Shown in pieces: positions 28,469 through 38,770 of a stretch of 58,184 nucleotides of DNA. Both the position numbers and the translations under genes were made by a program. The notes below the pieces were generated by a model, which made no database searches, was not told the origin of the DNA, and saw only the letters and a program-made list of their open reading frames with translations. Each line of letters starts with the position of its first letter. Within the stretch, counting starts at the first letter, position 1. Source of the DNA: an uncultured Spirochaetota bacterium (GTDB taxonomy: Bacteria; Spirochaetota; Spirochaetia; SZUA-6; Fen-1364); contig CAVUXE010000018.1 of the NCBI GenBank assembly GCA_963745235.1, positions 1 through 58,184 on the forward strand. The letters are read 5' to 3'.

Positions 28469-29869
28469 GTGAGAGTGCTCAAGTTTGGCGGCAGCTCCCT
28501 TGCAGATGGAGAACGTATCCGCAGCGTGACAGAGGTGGTTTCCCAGGCCGCGAGCGCGGACCGGGTGTCCGTTGTGCTTTCCGCAATGAAAGGCGTCACT
28601 GACCTCCTCATCTCCGCGGCGCGCCAGGCAGAGGAAGGGAGCGACGGCTTCAAGACAATCCTGGAGAACATCCGGGGGAAGCACTTCGATGCCGTACGCT
28701 TCCTGTTTCCGCCTGCAGACCAGGCGGCCGCGCTGACTCCGCTCGCGTTGATGTGCAACGAGCTGGAGGAGATCCTCCATGGGGTGGAGCTGATCCGTGA
28801 ATGCTCACCGCGCACCCTGGACCTCCTGATGAGCTTTGGAGAAAGACTGTCCTGCCAGCTCACCACGGCGTACATGAGAGCGCGGGGCATGGAGGCAATC
28901 CTCGTGGATGCACGGGAGCTGATCGTCACGAATGATCGCTTCGGCTCCGCGTCGGTCAACTTCGACAGGAGCTACCAGCGCATCGAGGCCCGTCTTTCGG
29001 CCATCCGGGGGATTTCGGTCGTCCCCGGTTTCATCGGCGCAACGGAAAAAGGGGTGACGACAACCATCGGGAGAAATGGATCGGACTATACGGCCTCCAT
29101 CATTGGCGCCGGGGCGCGGGCCGGGATGATCGAGATATGGACGGACGTCGACGGCGTTCTTTCGGCTGACCCCCGTGTGGTCCCTGACGCGTTCGTCATC
29201 CCACGGCTCAGCTACGAGGAAGCAATGGAGCTGTCGTTCTTCGGCGCAAAGGTCATCCATCCCTACACCATGGTTCCCGCCGTGGAAAGGGGCATCCCTC
29301 TGCTCATCAAGAACAGCCTCAACCCTTCCGCCCCCGGGACGTTGATCGCCGCAGCCGACGGCTCCGAGGGAGCCGGCGCGGTCGGGAGGGCAGTCACCGG
29401 GATCGCCTCCATCCCCGGGGTCTCGCTGGTGAACATCGAAGGCGGCGGCATGATGGGCATTCCGGGCTTTGCAGCGCGGATCTTCAGCGTTCTGGCACGC
29501 GAAGGGGTGAACATCATCATGATCACGCAGGCCTCCTCGGAGCACACCATCTGCCTGGTCTTCAGGGCCGGGGAGGGGGAGCGCGCCCTGGCGGCCCTCA
29601 ATCATGAGCTGACCCTGGAGCTGGAGACGCGTCGCATCGAACGCTTCGAGCTCATACGGGACCTGCTGGTGGTCTCCGTCATCGGTGAGAACATGGCCGG
29701 CACCCCGGGGATTGCCGGGCGGCTGTTCAGCGCCCTGGGGGAGGCTGGAGTCAACGTGCTCGTCATTGCGCAAGGGTCCTCGGAGCGCAACATCTCCTTC
29801 GTTATCGAGGAGAAGGACCACGTCCTTGCCTTGCGCACCATCCACAAGGCGTTTCTCTCCCATGCCTGA
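28469..29869 (+). CDS. lysC: Aspartate kinase with two ACT domains, no homoserine dehydrogenase domain
   Basis: VLKFGGSS, TTIGRNGSDYTA, WTDVDG, ELSFFGAKVIHP. Confidence 0.9.
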   Translation: MRVLKFGGSSLADGERIRSVTEVVSQAASADRVSVVLSAMKGVTDLLISAARQAEEGSDGFKTILENIRGKHFDAVRFLFPPADQAAALTPLALMCNELEEILHGVELIRECSPRTLDLLMSFGERLSCQLTTAYMRARGMEAILVDARELIVTNDRFGSASVNFDRSYQRIEARLSAIRGISVVPGFIGATEKGVTTTIGRNGSDYTASIIGAGARAGMIEIWTDVDGVLSADPRVVPDAFVIPRLSYEEAMELSFFGAKVIHPYTMVPAVERGIPLLIKNSLNPSAPGTLIAAADGSEGAGAVGRAVTGIASIPGVSLVNIEGGGMMGIPGFAARIFSVLAREGVNIIMITQASSEHTICLVFRAGEGERALAALNHELTLELETRRIERFELIRDLLVVSVIGENMAGTPGIAGRLFSALGEAGVNVLVIAQGSSERNISFVIEEKDHVLALRTIHKAFLSHA

Positions 29870-30819
29870 TCTCGCGCGCATATCTGTGTTCGCCCCGGCA
29901 ACGGTGGCGAATGTCGCCTCGGGATTCGACGTGCTGGGGTTTGCGCTGGAGACACCCGGTGATTCAGTCACCCTTACCCGCGTCTCCGGGCACGAGGGTC
30001 ACGGTGGTCTCAATAGAAGGAGACGGCGGCAAGCTCCCCCGGGATCCCGAAAAGAACACCGCTGCGGTTGCGGTCACCGGTTTCCTCGCAAAGATCGGCT
30101 TACCGTTTGGCGTGGAGATCAGCCTGAAAAAAAAGATGCCCCTGAGCTCAGGGCTGGGCAGCTCGGCGGCAAGCGCCGTTGCCGCCGTCTATGGGGCGAA
30201 CCTCCTGGCGGGAAGCCCGCTCTCCCGGCGTGACCTGCTGCCGTTCACGCTTGCCGCGGAGAAAGTGGCCTGCGGAACCGCGCACGCGGACAACGTTGCT
30301 CCGTCCCTCCTGGGCGGCTTCGTGCTCGTGCGCAGCTACGATCCGCTGGACGTAGTGCAGCTTCCTGTCCCGCCGGGGCTGTCCTGCGCCGTGGCGCACC
30401 CTCACACGGAGGTGCGGACCGAAGACGCGCGTGCCATCTTGAAGAAGGAAATCAGGCTGGCGGATGCCGTTCGGCAGTGGGGAAACCTCGCCGCACTTGT
30501 CGCCGCGCTGTACAACGGAGACCTCGCGCTGCTGGGCCGCTCGCTGCAGGACGTGGTCGCGGAGCCGGCCCGGTCCCTTCTGATCCCCGGGTTCATGACC
30601 GTGAAGAAAGCGGCCATTGCCGCCGGCGCGTTGGGCTGCTCCATCTCGGGGTCAGGACCGTCCGTGTTCGCCCTCTGCGCGTCACCCGAGGCCGCGCGAA
30701 ACGCCGGGAACGGCATGGCCGGGGCGTTCAAAGCGGCCGGGCTGGAAAGCGACGTCTACATCTCCGCCGTGAACACGGCGGGCCCTGTCGTGGAGGACGG
30801 AAGCGGAGCACAGCCGTGA
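29862..30819 (+). CDS. thrB: Homoserine kinase; frameshift near 29988
   Basis: APATVANVASGFDVLG, then in the next frame PLSSGLGSSAAS, HADNVAP, ISGSGP. Confidence 0.93.
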
Positions 30820-32132
30820 CGTTTGCCAGTAGAGCCACCCCGGGGGACGCGGTGACATTTCGGGAGGCGCTGTTCACCGGGCTCGCTCCAGACGGGGGCC
30901 TGTACCATCCCGTGGAATCTCCGGCTCTCGCCGCGCTCTTCTCATGCTTTGACGAATCCACTTCCTTTGAAGAGCTTGCCCGTCGGACCTTTGCGGGGAT
31001 CCTGTCCCCTGAGCTCGCAGAGGATGAGGTGAACCGAATCGTGGCCCGGGCATTCTCTTTTGCGCCTGTCCTCCGCAGGCTTGATGACAGCATCCTGCTG
31101 CTCGAGCTGTTCCATGGCCCCACGTGCGCCTTCAAGGACTTTGGCGCGCAGTTCCTTGCGGCAGCAATGGAGCATTTGCTGGAAAAGACTGACCGGCGCA
31201 TCCAGATCCTCGTGGCCACCTCGGGAGACACGGGAAGCGCCGTGGCCCACGCTTTTTTCCGGCGGCGGAACATCGATGTCGTGATCCTGTACCCCTCGGG
31301 GAGGGTGAGCGAGCTCCAGGAGAAACAGCTCACGACACTGGGAGAAAATGTGCATGCCCTGGAAGTTTCCGGGAGCTTCGACGATTGCCAGAGGCTCGTC
31401 AAGCAGGCATTCCAGGACTCGACCCTGCGGGAACGGCTTCGACTCACGTCAGCCAACTCCATCAACATCGGGCGCCTGCTCCCGCAGAGCCTGTACTATG
31501 TATTTGCCGCGACGCGCCGCGGGCAGCTTTCGGGTCGTGCCCCCGTGATGTGCGTGCCCAGCGGCAACTTCGGGAACCTGACCGCGGGTGTCTACGCCTG
31601 GCACTGGGGCCTTCCCGTTCGGGGCTTCATCGCCGCCACCAACGCAAACGACGTTGTCCCGCGTTACCTCAGGACGGGACGCTTCCTGCCGGGACCGTCG
31701 GCGCAGACCCTGTCCAACGCCATGGATGTGGGGAACCCCAGCAACTTCGAACGGCTGGAGGAGATCTTTCGCCGAGACTGGCGCGACATGGCCGCCCACA
31801 TCGACGGCATCGCGATAAGCGACGAAAAGACGCTTGGCATGATGGGCCAGGTCTTCAGGTCCCACGGCGTGTTGCTTGACCCGCACACGGCCGTTGGCAT
31901 AGCGGCCGCGAAGTCCGCACTCGACGCGGACCCGGCAACGCGGAGCGAGCAGATCGTGGTTCTCTCCACCGCCCACCCGGGCAAGTTCGCGGACACGGTC
32001 CTGAGGGCTACGGGGAAGAATCCCGACCTTCCCGACAGGCTGGCCGCCTGCCTCATGCTTCCCCGCCGGTCACTGAAGGTCGGTTCGAACCTCGCCGAAT
32101 TGTCGCGATATCTGCTGGATTCCTTCGGCTGA
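30816..32132 (+). CDS. thrC: Threonine synthase
   Basis: GLAPDGGLY, ELFHGPTCAFKDFG, ATSGDTG, PSGNFGN; GTGA overlap with thrB. Confidence 0.95.
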   Translation: MTFASRATPGDAVTFREALFTGLAPDGGLYHPVESPALAALFSCFDESTSFEELARRTFAGILSPELAEDEVNRIVARAFSFAPVLRRLDDSILLLELFHGPTCAFKDFGAQFLAAAMEHLLEKTDRRIQILVATSGDTGSAVAHAFFRRRNIDVVILYPSGRVSELQEKQLTTLGENVHALEVSGSFDDCQRLVKQAFQDSTLRERLRLTSANSINIGRLLPQSLYYVFAATRRGQLSGRAPVMCVPSGNFGNLTAGVYAWHWGLPVRGFIAATNANDVVPRYLRTGRFLPGPSAQTLSNAMDVGNPSNFERLEEIFRRDWRDMAAHIDGIAISDEKTLGMMGQVFRSHGVLLDPHTAVGIAAAKSALDADPATRSEQIVVLSTAHPGKFADTVLRATGKNPDLPDRLAACLMLPRRSLKVGSNLAELSRYLLDSFG

Positions 32133-32180
32133 CGGAGCCACGCGCGCGGCCCTGGGGCTCAGCCCTTCTGCCATCCGGGC

Positions 32181-33286
32181 TCAGCGCCTGGCCGCGCGTG
32201 CCCTCTTTCGAAGCTTCTCCGCGAGGTAGGGGTTCCCCTTGTCCCGCTGCCATGCCCGGTAGATCCTGCATGCCTCGTAGTATCCGTCCTCGTCCCCATA
32301 CGATGAGGAGAGGTCCGCGCGGTAGAGCTCCAGCAGGGTGGGAAAAAGGGGTGATGCGAAAATCTTCTCGGTCCGAAATGGCGGCAGGATCCTCAGCGCC
32401 GCAGGCATCATGTGGTAGCGAACCAGGAACTCCACGGGCTCGACAGTCCGCTCACTGAAGCCGAGCCGGCGGAGAAACCGGGCGGCAATCCGCGCTCCCA
32501 GCTCCGCGTGGCCGTCGAATCGCTTGTCCCCCGTGTTCTCCGACCCCGGCTTCCCGCTGTCGTGCAGGAGGAGAGAAAGCGACAGCGTGAGGTCAGGGTG
32601 CTTTCGATGCTTGAACGTGGCAAGGGTGTGCTCCCAGACGTTCCCCTCGGGGTGAAAGTCCTTGCCGTGCCGGACCCCCGTCATGGCGTAGAGCTCAGGC
32701 CACGCCTGGGCTACGAAACCGCTCGCCTCCAGCAGCGCAAAGCCCTTTTCCGGTGAGCGGGATGTCAGGAGGCTTGCCAGCAGGTCCTTCTGGTATGACT
32801 CTGGTGGAAGCTCATTTCCGCTCTCCCAGCCCAACGGGAGCTGCTCCGCTCTGTAGTGGTAGCGAGACACCAGCTTGGCCGCCTCGCACAGGCCCAGCCA
32901 CCGTGGATAGGAATCCGGCACGAAAGTGAGGGTCTGCGACCTCAGGTGGGGGTACATGTCCAGCCTGTCGATGAACACGTTGCGGGCGGGATCGAACAGG
33001 AGCCTCTGGACGGTGAACGGAGCCGAGGGGGGAGGGAAAGTGAGTCGACGCAGCGGAACACCAGCCGGTCGCTTCCGTTCTGCACTGCGGCGTCCTCCAG
33101 GGGAAGACCAGGGAACTGGAGGTCATCGAACGCCCGTGCAAGCGCCACAATGGACGAATCCGTGGCAAGAAACAGGGGTCCGGGATCTTTGAGCCGGAAA
33201 TAGCGATCCAGGGAGGAATAGCTGCACACCAGGTAGGGGATATTTTCTTCTTTCAAGCGGGCAAGGGCGTCGGTCATGTGATTCAC
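32181..33286 (-). CDS. HD-domain protein with degenerate CCA/poly(A) polymerase-like N-terminus; frameshift near 33030
   Basis: HPEGNVWEHTL, LLHDSGKP, FDGHAELGA, HMM; N-terminal part in ORF 32942-33286. Confidence 0.75.
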
Positions 33287-33417
33287 GGAAGGGCGGTTGG
33301 TGGACCGCTCCTTCCCGTGATACTATCTTACACAGAAGCAAACCCGTACGTCCACTCGACAAGCGGGAGGGAATTAACTACAATGATGGGAAAGATAGAT
33401 TGGCAAGGAGACAGACC

Positions 33418-33633
33418 ATGACAGCGATCGTGTGTGATATCTGCAAGAAGCCCGTCGCCGGAGCGCGCAGGGACGTCAACTATTTCACGATCTTGGACAA
33501 AGATATCTGCGAGTCCTGCCATGACGGGCTCAGGGATGCAACCAAGCAGTTCATGCGCGGCCGCCAGCCCTACACCTTCAAGGAGTACTACGACACGCTG
33601 GCCAAAAACCTCTCCAGGATGACCGCGAGGTAG
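33418..33633 (+). CDS. Small hypothetical protein with two CxxC motifs
   Basis: AAGGAG RBS; CDIC and CESC. Confidence 0.75.
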   Translation: MTAIVCDICKKPVAGARRDVNYFTILDKDICESCHDGLRDATKQFMRGRQPYTFKEYYDTLAKNLSRMTAR

Positions 33634-33664
33634 GGCGCCGGGAAGGCCCTGCCCGTGGGGGGCT

Positions 33665-34954
33665 TCAGCCGGCGCCGCGTTCTCGCGGCTTTATTGTGCT
33701 GAAGCCCGTATATGCGGAGAGCGTGGAGGGGATCTCGACGCTGCCGTCCTCTTTCTGAAAGTTCTCGAAAAGCGCAATCAAGGTGCGTGACACGGCCAAA
33801 GCCGTGCCGTTCAGGGTGTGCACGAAAGTGTTTTTCCCGCCATCCTTGAAGCGGATTCCCAGGCGGCGCGCCTGGTAGTCCGTGCAGTTCGACGCGCTGG
33901 TAATCTCCCCCCACTCTCCCGTTTCGCCCCTTCCGGGCATCCAGGCCTCGATGTCGAACTTTCTGTACGCCGGCCCCCCCAGGTCTCCCGTGCACGTGTC
34001 CACGATCCGATAGGGGATCTCCAGCCCCTGGAAGATCTTCTCTTCGATGCCAATCAGTCTTTCGAGCATTGCATCCGATCCCGAGGGGTGGCAGAACACG
34101 AACATCTCCACCTTGGTGAACTGGTGGACGCGGTAGAGTCCCTTGGAGAATTGCCCGGCGGCCCCTGCCTCCCTTCGGAAGCAGTGGGAGACCCCGGCAA
34201 ACGTAACGGGCAGCGAATCCCCCGCCAGGATCTTGCCGGAGTTGTACCCGCCCAGGGTGAACTCCGCCGTGGCCACCAGGCACAGGTCGGTCCCCTCCAG
34301 GGCGTAGATGTTGCTTTCCGGGCCGCGAGGATTGAACCCATGCCCCGCCACGATGTCTTCCCGCGCCACGTCGGGGGTGATGAACGGCGTGAATCCCTCA
34401 CGCATCAGCGTGTCCATGGCATAGCGGACAAGCGCCAGCTCAAGGATAACGGCCTCATTCTTCAGGTAGTAGAACTTCTGTCCCGCCACCTTTGCGCCCG
34501 ACTCGAAGTCCAGCAGCTCGAGGCTCTGCCCGATCTCCACGTGGTCCCGGTGCTTGAAGGAGAAAGACGGCGCTTTTCCCCACGTCCGAAGCTGCCTGTT
34601 GCCCGTCTCCCCTTCGGCAACGGGGGCGTCGGGATGCGACATGTTGGGCAGTCGCAGCGCCTCTTCAGTGAGCCGCTTGTCCGTTTCCTCGTAGCGCTTC
34701 TCCTGCTCCGCGATGCTCTCCTTCAGGCGCTTTCCCTCGTCGATGAGCCGGGCCCTGTCATCAGGAGAAAGCTTCGCCTTCATTTTCTCCGCGTTGGCGT
34801 TGCGTGAGGCGCGCAGATTCTCCAGCTCTTTCAGCAACGCGTTGCGCCTGTCGTACAGCTCGACAACGAGGTCGGGATTGGCCGACACGTGCCGGTTGGC
34901 GGTGTTGATTTTCACCGCGTCGATGTTGTCACGGACGAATTTGAGATCGAGCAT
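33665..34954 (-). CDS. serS: Seryl-tRNA synthetase
   Basis: CFRREAG, GLYRVHQFTKVE, EITSASNCTDYQARR, HTLNGT. Confidence 0.97.
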   Translation of the reverse strand: MLDLKFVRDNIDAVKINTANRHVSANPDLVVELYDRRNALLKELENLRASRNANAEKMKAKLSPDDRARLIDEGKRLKESIAEQEKRYEETDKRLTEEALRLPNMSHPDAPVAEGETGNRQLRTWGKAPSFSFKHRDHVEIGQSLELLDFESGAKVAGQKFYYLKNEAVILELALVRYAMDTLMREGFTPFITPDVAREDIVAGHGFNPRGPESNIYALEGTDLCLVATAEFTLGGYNSGKILAGDSLPVTFAGVSHCFRREAGAAGQFSKGLYRVHQFTKVEMFVFCHPSGSDAMLERLIGIEEKIFQGLEIPYRIVDTCTGDLGGPAYRKFDIEAWMPGRGETGEWGEITSASNCTDYQARRLGIRFKDGGKNTFVHTLNGTALAVSRTLIALFENFQKEDGSVEIPSTLSAYTGFSTIKPRERGAG

Positions 34955-35011
34955 GACGGGATAATAAACGAGGGTCGCGGGTGAAGCAAGGTGAGAGGGA
35001 GCCCCAGCAGC

Positions 35012-35797
35012 TCAGCCCTCCATCTCGCTTGCCTTGCGTGCGGCCGCTTCGACGGCTTCCATGACGGACGCCGTGAAGCTTCCCCGCTCCAGCGCCCGGA
35101 TCCCCTGGATGGTGGTGCCTCCCGCAGAGGTGATCCTGCTGACAAGCTCCATGGGATGCGCTCCGTCTTTGAGCAGGCTTGCGGCGCTTTCCAACCCCGC
35201 CGCGGCAATGGCGAGCGCCGTATCGTAGTCGAACCCTGCTGCCACGCCGCCCAGCGACATTGCGTGCACGAACGTCAGCACGTAGGCGAGGCCGGATCCC
35301 GAGACGCCCGTCATCGCGGACATCAGCTTCTCGGGGATCGCAAGGGGCTTTCCGACCGCCTCAGCCACGGCAGTGCTGTTCCTGCGCGTTTCCTCGTCCG
35401 CCTCCGCGTGCAGGGAGATGCCTACGATCGAGGTCCCTTTCAGCGCCGAGATGTTGGGCATGAACCGGGCCACGTTCTCTGTGCCCAGCGCTTCGGCGAT
35501 GCTCTGAATTCTCTTCCCCGCCAGGATGGAGACAATGCGCCGCCCGCGGGAAGCGCTTCGAACCTCCGCCGCCAGCTGGGGGAAATCCTGCGGCTTTACG
35601 CACAGGAGAGTCATGTCGGCTGCAAACGCTTCCGCCGCGTCCCGAGCGAGCTCCAGTCCGAGTGTCTTCGCCCGGGTTTCGACCCGGTCCCGCCTGACAT
35701 CAAACACGGTAAGCACAACGCCAGGCATCTTCTTCCTCAGCCCCACCGCGAAGGCTTCCCCCATGACGCCGAACCCGACTATGCCAATCCGTTCCAT
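35012..35797 (-). CDS. proC: Pyrroline-5-carboxylate reductase
   Basis: GFGVMG, CVKPQ, RFMPN, SGSG, TSAGGTTI. Confidence 0.93.
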   Translation of the reverse strand: MERIGIVGFGVMGEAFAVGLRKKMPGVVLTVFDVRRDRVETRAKTLGLELARDAAEAFAADMTLLCVKPQDFPQLAAEVRSASRGRRIVSILAGKRIQSIAEALGTENVARFMPNISALKGTSIVGISLHAEADEETRRNSTAVAEAVGKPLAIPEKLMSAMTGVSGSGLAYVLTFVHAMSLGGVAAGFDYDTALAIAAAGLESAASLLKDGAHPMELVSRITSAGGTTIQGIRALERGSFTASVMEAVEAAARKASEMEG

Positions 35798-35872
35798 GGA
35801 AGGAGTGTAGCAGCCGGCAAATGGGCTGTAAAGAAACGTCATGCCTGCCGATGAAGAGGGTGAGGGCGGAAT

Positions 35873-36364
35873 ATGAAGATCGGCGTCATTTCGGATTCAC
35901 ACGACAACCTCTCAAACATCCGAAAGGCGGTCGAAGTCTTTTCGGCGAACGGCGTGGAGGCGCTCATCCACGGGGGAGACTTCTGCTCTCCGTTCACGGT
36001 TGCCGAGTTCAAGCCTCTTTTCGACAAGGGCGTGAAGATGCATGCGGTCTTCGGCAATAACGACGGAGACCGCCTCCTCCTGGCCCGCAGGGGCGAGGGA
36101 TTTTGCACATTTGCGGACGGTTCCCTGACGGTTACTCTCGGGGGCAAACGGATCGTCGTGATGCATTACCCCGATTTCGGGGAGGACCTGTTTCACCTGG
36201 GCACGTACGACCTGGTGATCTACGGGCACAACCACAAGGTCCGGGTCGAGGGGGGAGCAAAAAAACTCCTGAATCCGGGCACGTCGTCAGGATACCTGGC
36301 GGAGAGGGCAACCGTGGCGCTGGTGGAGACGCAGGGGATGGATGTTGAAATCATCACAATTTAA
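35873..36364 (+). CDS. YfcE/MJ0936 family metallophosphoesterase
   Basis: SDSHD, HGGD, GNND, GHNH, NPG. Confidence 0.92.
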   Translation: MKIGVISDSHDNLSNIRKAVEVFSANGVEALIHGGDFCSPFTVAEFKPLFDKGVKMHAVFGNNDGDRLLLARRGEGFCTFADGSLTVTLGGKRIVVMHYPDFGEDLFHLGTYDLVIYGHNHKVRVEGGAKKLLNPGTSSGYLAERATVALVETQGMDVEIITI

Positions 36365-36373
36365 AACAATTGC

Positions 36374-36439
36374 TTGACGAAGGCGGTCCGCCACACTATA
36401 CACTTAAGTGTTCAAGTTGGTTCTCCGCTGTGTCGATAA
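36374..36439 (+). promoter_or_regulatory. Tandem putative sigma70 and sigma28 promoters upstream of flgM
   Basis: TTGACG-N17-TATACA (36374-36402) and TCAAG-N15-GTCGATAA (36412-36439). Confidence 0.6.
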
Positions 36440-36461
36440 GGATAGGTGAAAGGAAGGTCTT

Positions 36462-36746
36462 ATGACCGTTGAGAGAATAGGCCCGCTCGATCCCACATCG
36501 AACGTGAAGAAGAGCGAGAAGCCCTCGCGGCTCAAGACAAAGAGCGAAATCGACTCCATCAACGTCTCCGAGGAGGCCCGGTCCAAGGCGGAAGTGCTCA
36601 AGGCAACGGAGGCGGCGCGGGTTGCCCCGGACATCCGTATGGACAAGGTGGAAGAGATGAAGCGAAAGCTCCAGGACCCTTCCTACCCCTCGGAGGAGGT
36701 CATCCAGAAGGCCGCTGACGGAATCCTCAAGGCCTTCGGCATATAG
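36462..36746 (+). CDS. flgM: Anti-sigma28 factor FlgM
   Basis: DSINVSEEA and PDIRMDKVEEMKRKLQDPSY; sigma28-type promoter upstream. Confidence 0.85.
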   Translation: MTVERIGPLDPTSNVKKSEKPSRLKTKSEIDSINVSEEARSKAEVLKATEAARVAPDIRMDKVEEMKRKLQDPSYPSEEVIQKAADGILKAFGI

Positions 36747-36767
36747 GCCTTATTATTTTGTGGTTCG

Positions 36768-36803
36768 GGCGGAGGTATCCTTCGGGATTCTCCGCCTTTT
36801 TTT
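36768..36803 (+). terminator. Rho-independent terminator
   Basis: GGCGGAGgtATCC-TTCG-GGATtCTCCGCC followed by T7. Confidence 0.85.
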
Positions 36804-36821
36804 CATCGGGGGAGATTGACC

Positions 36822-37970
36822 ATGCCGGACGTCCTTTTCCAAATACCTGCGCGCGTCGTCTTCGGCCTCGATGCCGTCAACCGAATCGGTCAGCTCGTGG
36901 CGGATTACGGTGAAAGGGCGTTCCTGGTCACCGAGGCAATCCTGTACGAGGGCAAGGTGATCAACAAGGTCCAGGACATCCTGGACAAGAAAAGCGTGCA
37001 GAATATCATCTTCGACGAGGTTGTCCCCAACGCCACGAGCCGGACGGTGGACGACGGAGTCACCCTGGCGCGGGGGTCCCACGCTGACGTCGTGGTTGGT
37101 CTGGGCGGCGTGCGCACACTGTCCGTGGCACGGTGCATCGCCATGACCGCGCCGACCGCCCACGACATGGATGACTACCTCTCCGGCGTCCTGCCGCAGG
37201 GAGACCCGCTTCCCTACATCGAAGTGCCCACCACGTGCCGAAATCCGTTCATGTTCGTGGACGAATACCTGATGATAGACGGCCGCGACAGGACGGGTCG
37301 CGTCGGACGCACGCAGAAGGGGATCACGAAGGCCGCCCTGATCGATCCCAAGCTGAGCCTCACTCTCCCCGCCAAGTACACCGCCACAACGGTGATGGAT
37401 ACCCTGCTGGGCTGCGTGGAAGGACTGCTCTCCTCCCGCGCCAATTTCCTCTCCGACACGTATCTCACCCGCGCAGTTGAGATCCTGGGCGCGCTCGTGA
37501 AGGAAGGGATCCAGAACGTGGATGACCTTCGCATGCGGATGAACGCCAGCAGCGCCGGATTACTCCTGGCCCTTGGCCTTTGCACCTCGAAGCTGGGAAT
37601 CGGCTCCGCTCTGTCCTTTGCTCTCAACTCCCGGTTCATGGTGCCCAAGTCATGGGTGTCCACCATCCTGCTCCCCTACGTGCTGGAGTTCGCGGTGAAC
37701 GTGCGCGGTGACCGCATTGCGCAGATAGGGCGGCTCCTGGGCGAGGATGCGGGGGACTCCTCCTCCATGGAGGCCCCCACGCGGACAATCGAAGCAGTGC
37801 GGCGCATCATATCTTCTCTGGGTCTTCCCACGCGGCTTCGGGAGTTCGACCTGACCCTGGACGAAATGATCGAGGTTGCGGGAGTTGCGCGCAGCTTCGA
37901 CATGATGAACTACCTCCCGCGCGTGGTGTCCACGGAAGACATCTACGAGCTGATCAAGTCGGCTTTCTGA
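36822..37970 (+). CDS. Iron-containing alcohol dehydrogenase-fold protein, degenerate
   Basis: FQIPARVVFG, FDEVVPN, VGLGG, IEVPTT, ALIDP; metal-binding His residues are not evident. Confidence 0.8.
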   Translation: MPDVLFQIPARVVFGLDAVNRIGQLVADYGERAFLVTEAILYEGKVINKVQDILDKKSVQNIIFDEVVPNATSRTVDDGVTLARGSHADVVVGLGGVRTLSVARCIAMTAPTAHDMDDYLSGVLPQGDPLPYIEVPTTCRNPFMFVDEYLMIDGRDRTGRVGRTQKGITKAALIDPKLSLTLPAKYTATTVMDTLLGCVEGLLSSRANFLSDTYLTRAVEILGALVKEGIQNVDDLRMRMNASSAGLLLALGLCTSKLGIGSALSFALNSRFMVPKSWVSTILLPYVLEFAVNVRGDRIAQIGRLLGEDAGDSSSMEAPTRTIEAVRRIISSLGLPTRLREFDLTLDEMIEVAGVARSFDMMNYLPRVVSTEDIYELIKSAF

Positions 37971-37975
37971 TTGCC

Positions 37976-38770
37976 ATGTTCCCGCTCCGCAAGCTCGGCG
38001 AGCTGTCGCAGAGGACGCGGCTGCGCAAGGTTGCGCGCATCCTGCAGGCAGTCGAAGTGGAGCTGGCGGGGGCGGGCGCCGCGGATTTCGACTACCTGCG
38101 CGATCTTGCCCGGCTCTTGACGGGCGATGAGGCAGACTTCATCCGCCAGGACGCGGTTTCCCTCTTGAACGAGGCCTCCGCGGACGGAATGAATCTTGCG
38201 CGGGTCTTACGATGCCTGAACGTCCTTCGAAACGACATCCTGCACGAGCTTCAAGCGGAGCCAGCCGAATGGGACCTCATCAACCCTTCAAGCGGGCTCC
38301 TGAGCAGAAAAGGCGTGAGCGTCCTGCCGCTGCGGGTCTACCTGGAGGACGTACGATCCCCATTCAACGTCGGGTCCATCTTTCGGACCGCGGAGGCTTT
38401 TGGCGCGGAGAAGGTCCTGCTGTCTCCACGCACTCCGCTGCCGACGCACCCGCGGGCCTCCAAGGCCGCTATGAAAGCCCAGGAGGCCATGCCCTGGGCC
38501 GTGGTCCATCTCGAAACCCTCCGGGGAACCGAAGGTCTCTTTGCCCTTGAGCTTGGCGGGACGCCTCTTGATCAGTTCACCTTCCCGGACTCGGGCACGG
38601 TGCTGCTGGGTTCAGAGGAGCTCGGACTGAGCCCCGAGGCGCTGGATCTGGCAGATTCAGGCCTTGGTCGGGTCAGCATTCCGCTTGCGGGAGCAAAGAA
38701 GTCCCTGAACGTGGCGGTTGCCTTCGGGATCCTCATGCAGGCATGGAGGTCTTCCCTGGGTCGCTCGTGA
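37976..38770 (+). CDS. TrmH/SpoU family RNA methyltransferase
   Basis: LEDVRSPFNVGSIFRTAEAFG, LGSEELG, SLNVAVA. Confidence 0.9.
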   Translation: MFPLRKLGELSQRTRLRKVARILQAVEVELAGAGAADFDYLRDLARLLTGDEADFIRQDAVSLLNEASADGMNLARVLRCLNVLRNDILHELQAEPAEWDLINPSSGLLSRKGVSVLPLRVYLEDVRSPFNVGSIFRTAEAFGAEKVLLSPRTPLPTHPRASKAAMKAQEAMPWAVVHLETLRGTEGLFALELGGTPLDQFTFPDSGTVLLGSEELGLSPEALDLADSGLGRVSIPLAGAKKSLNVAVAFGILMQAWRSSLGRS

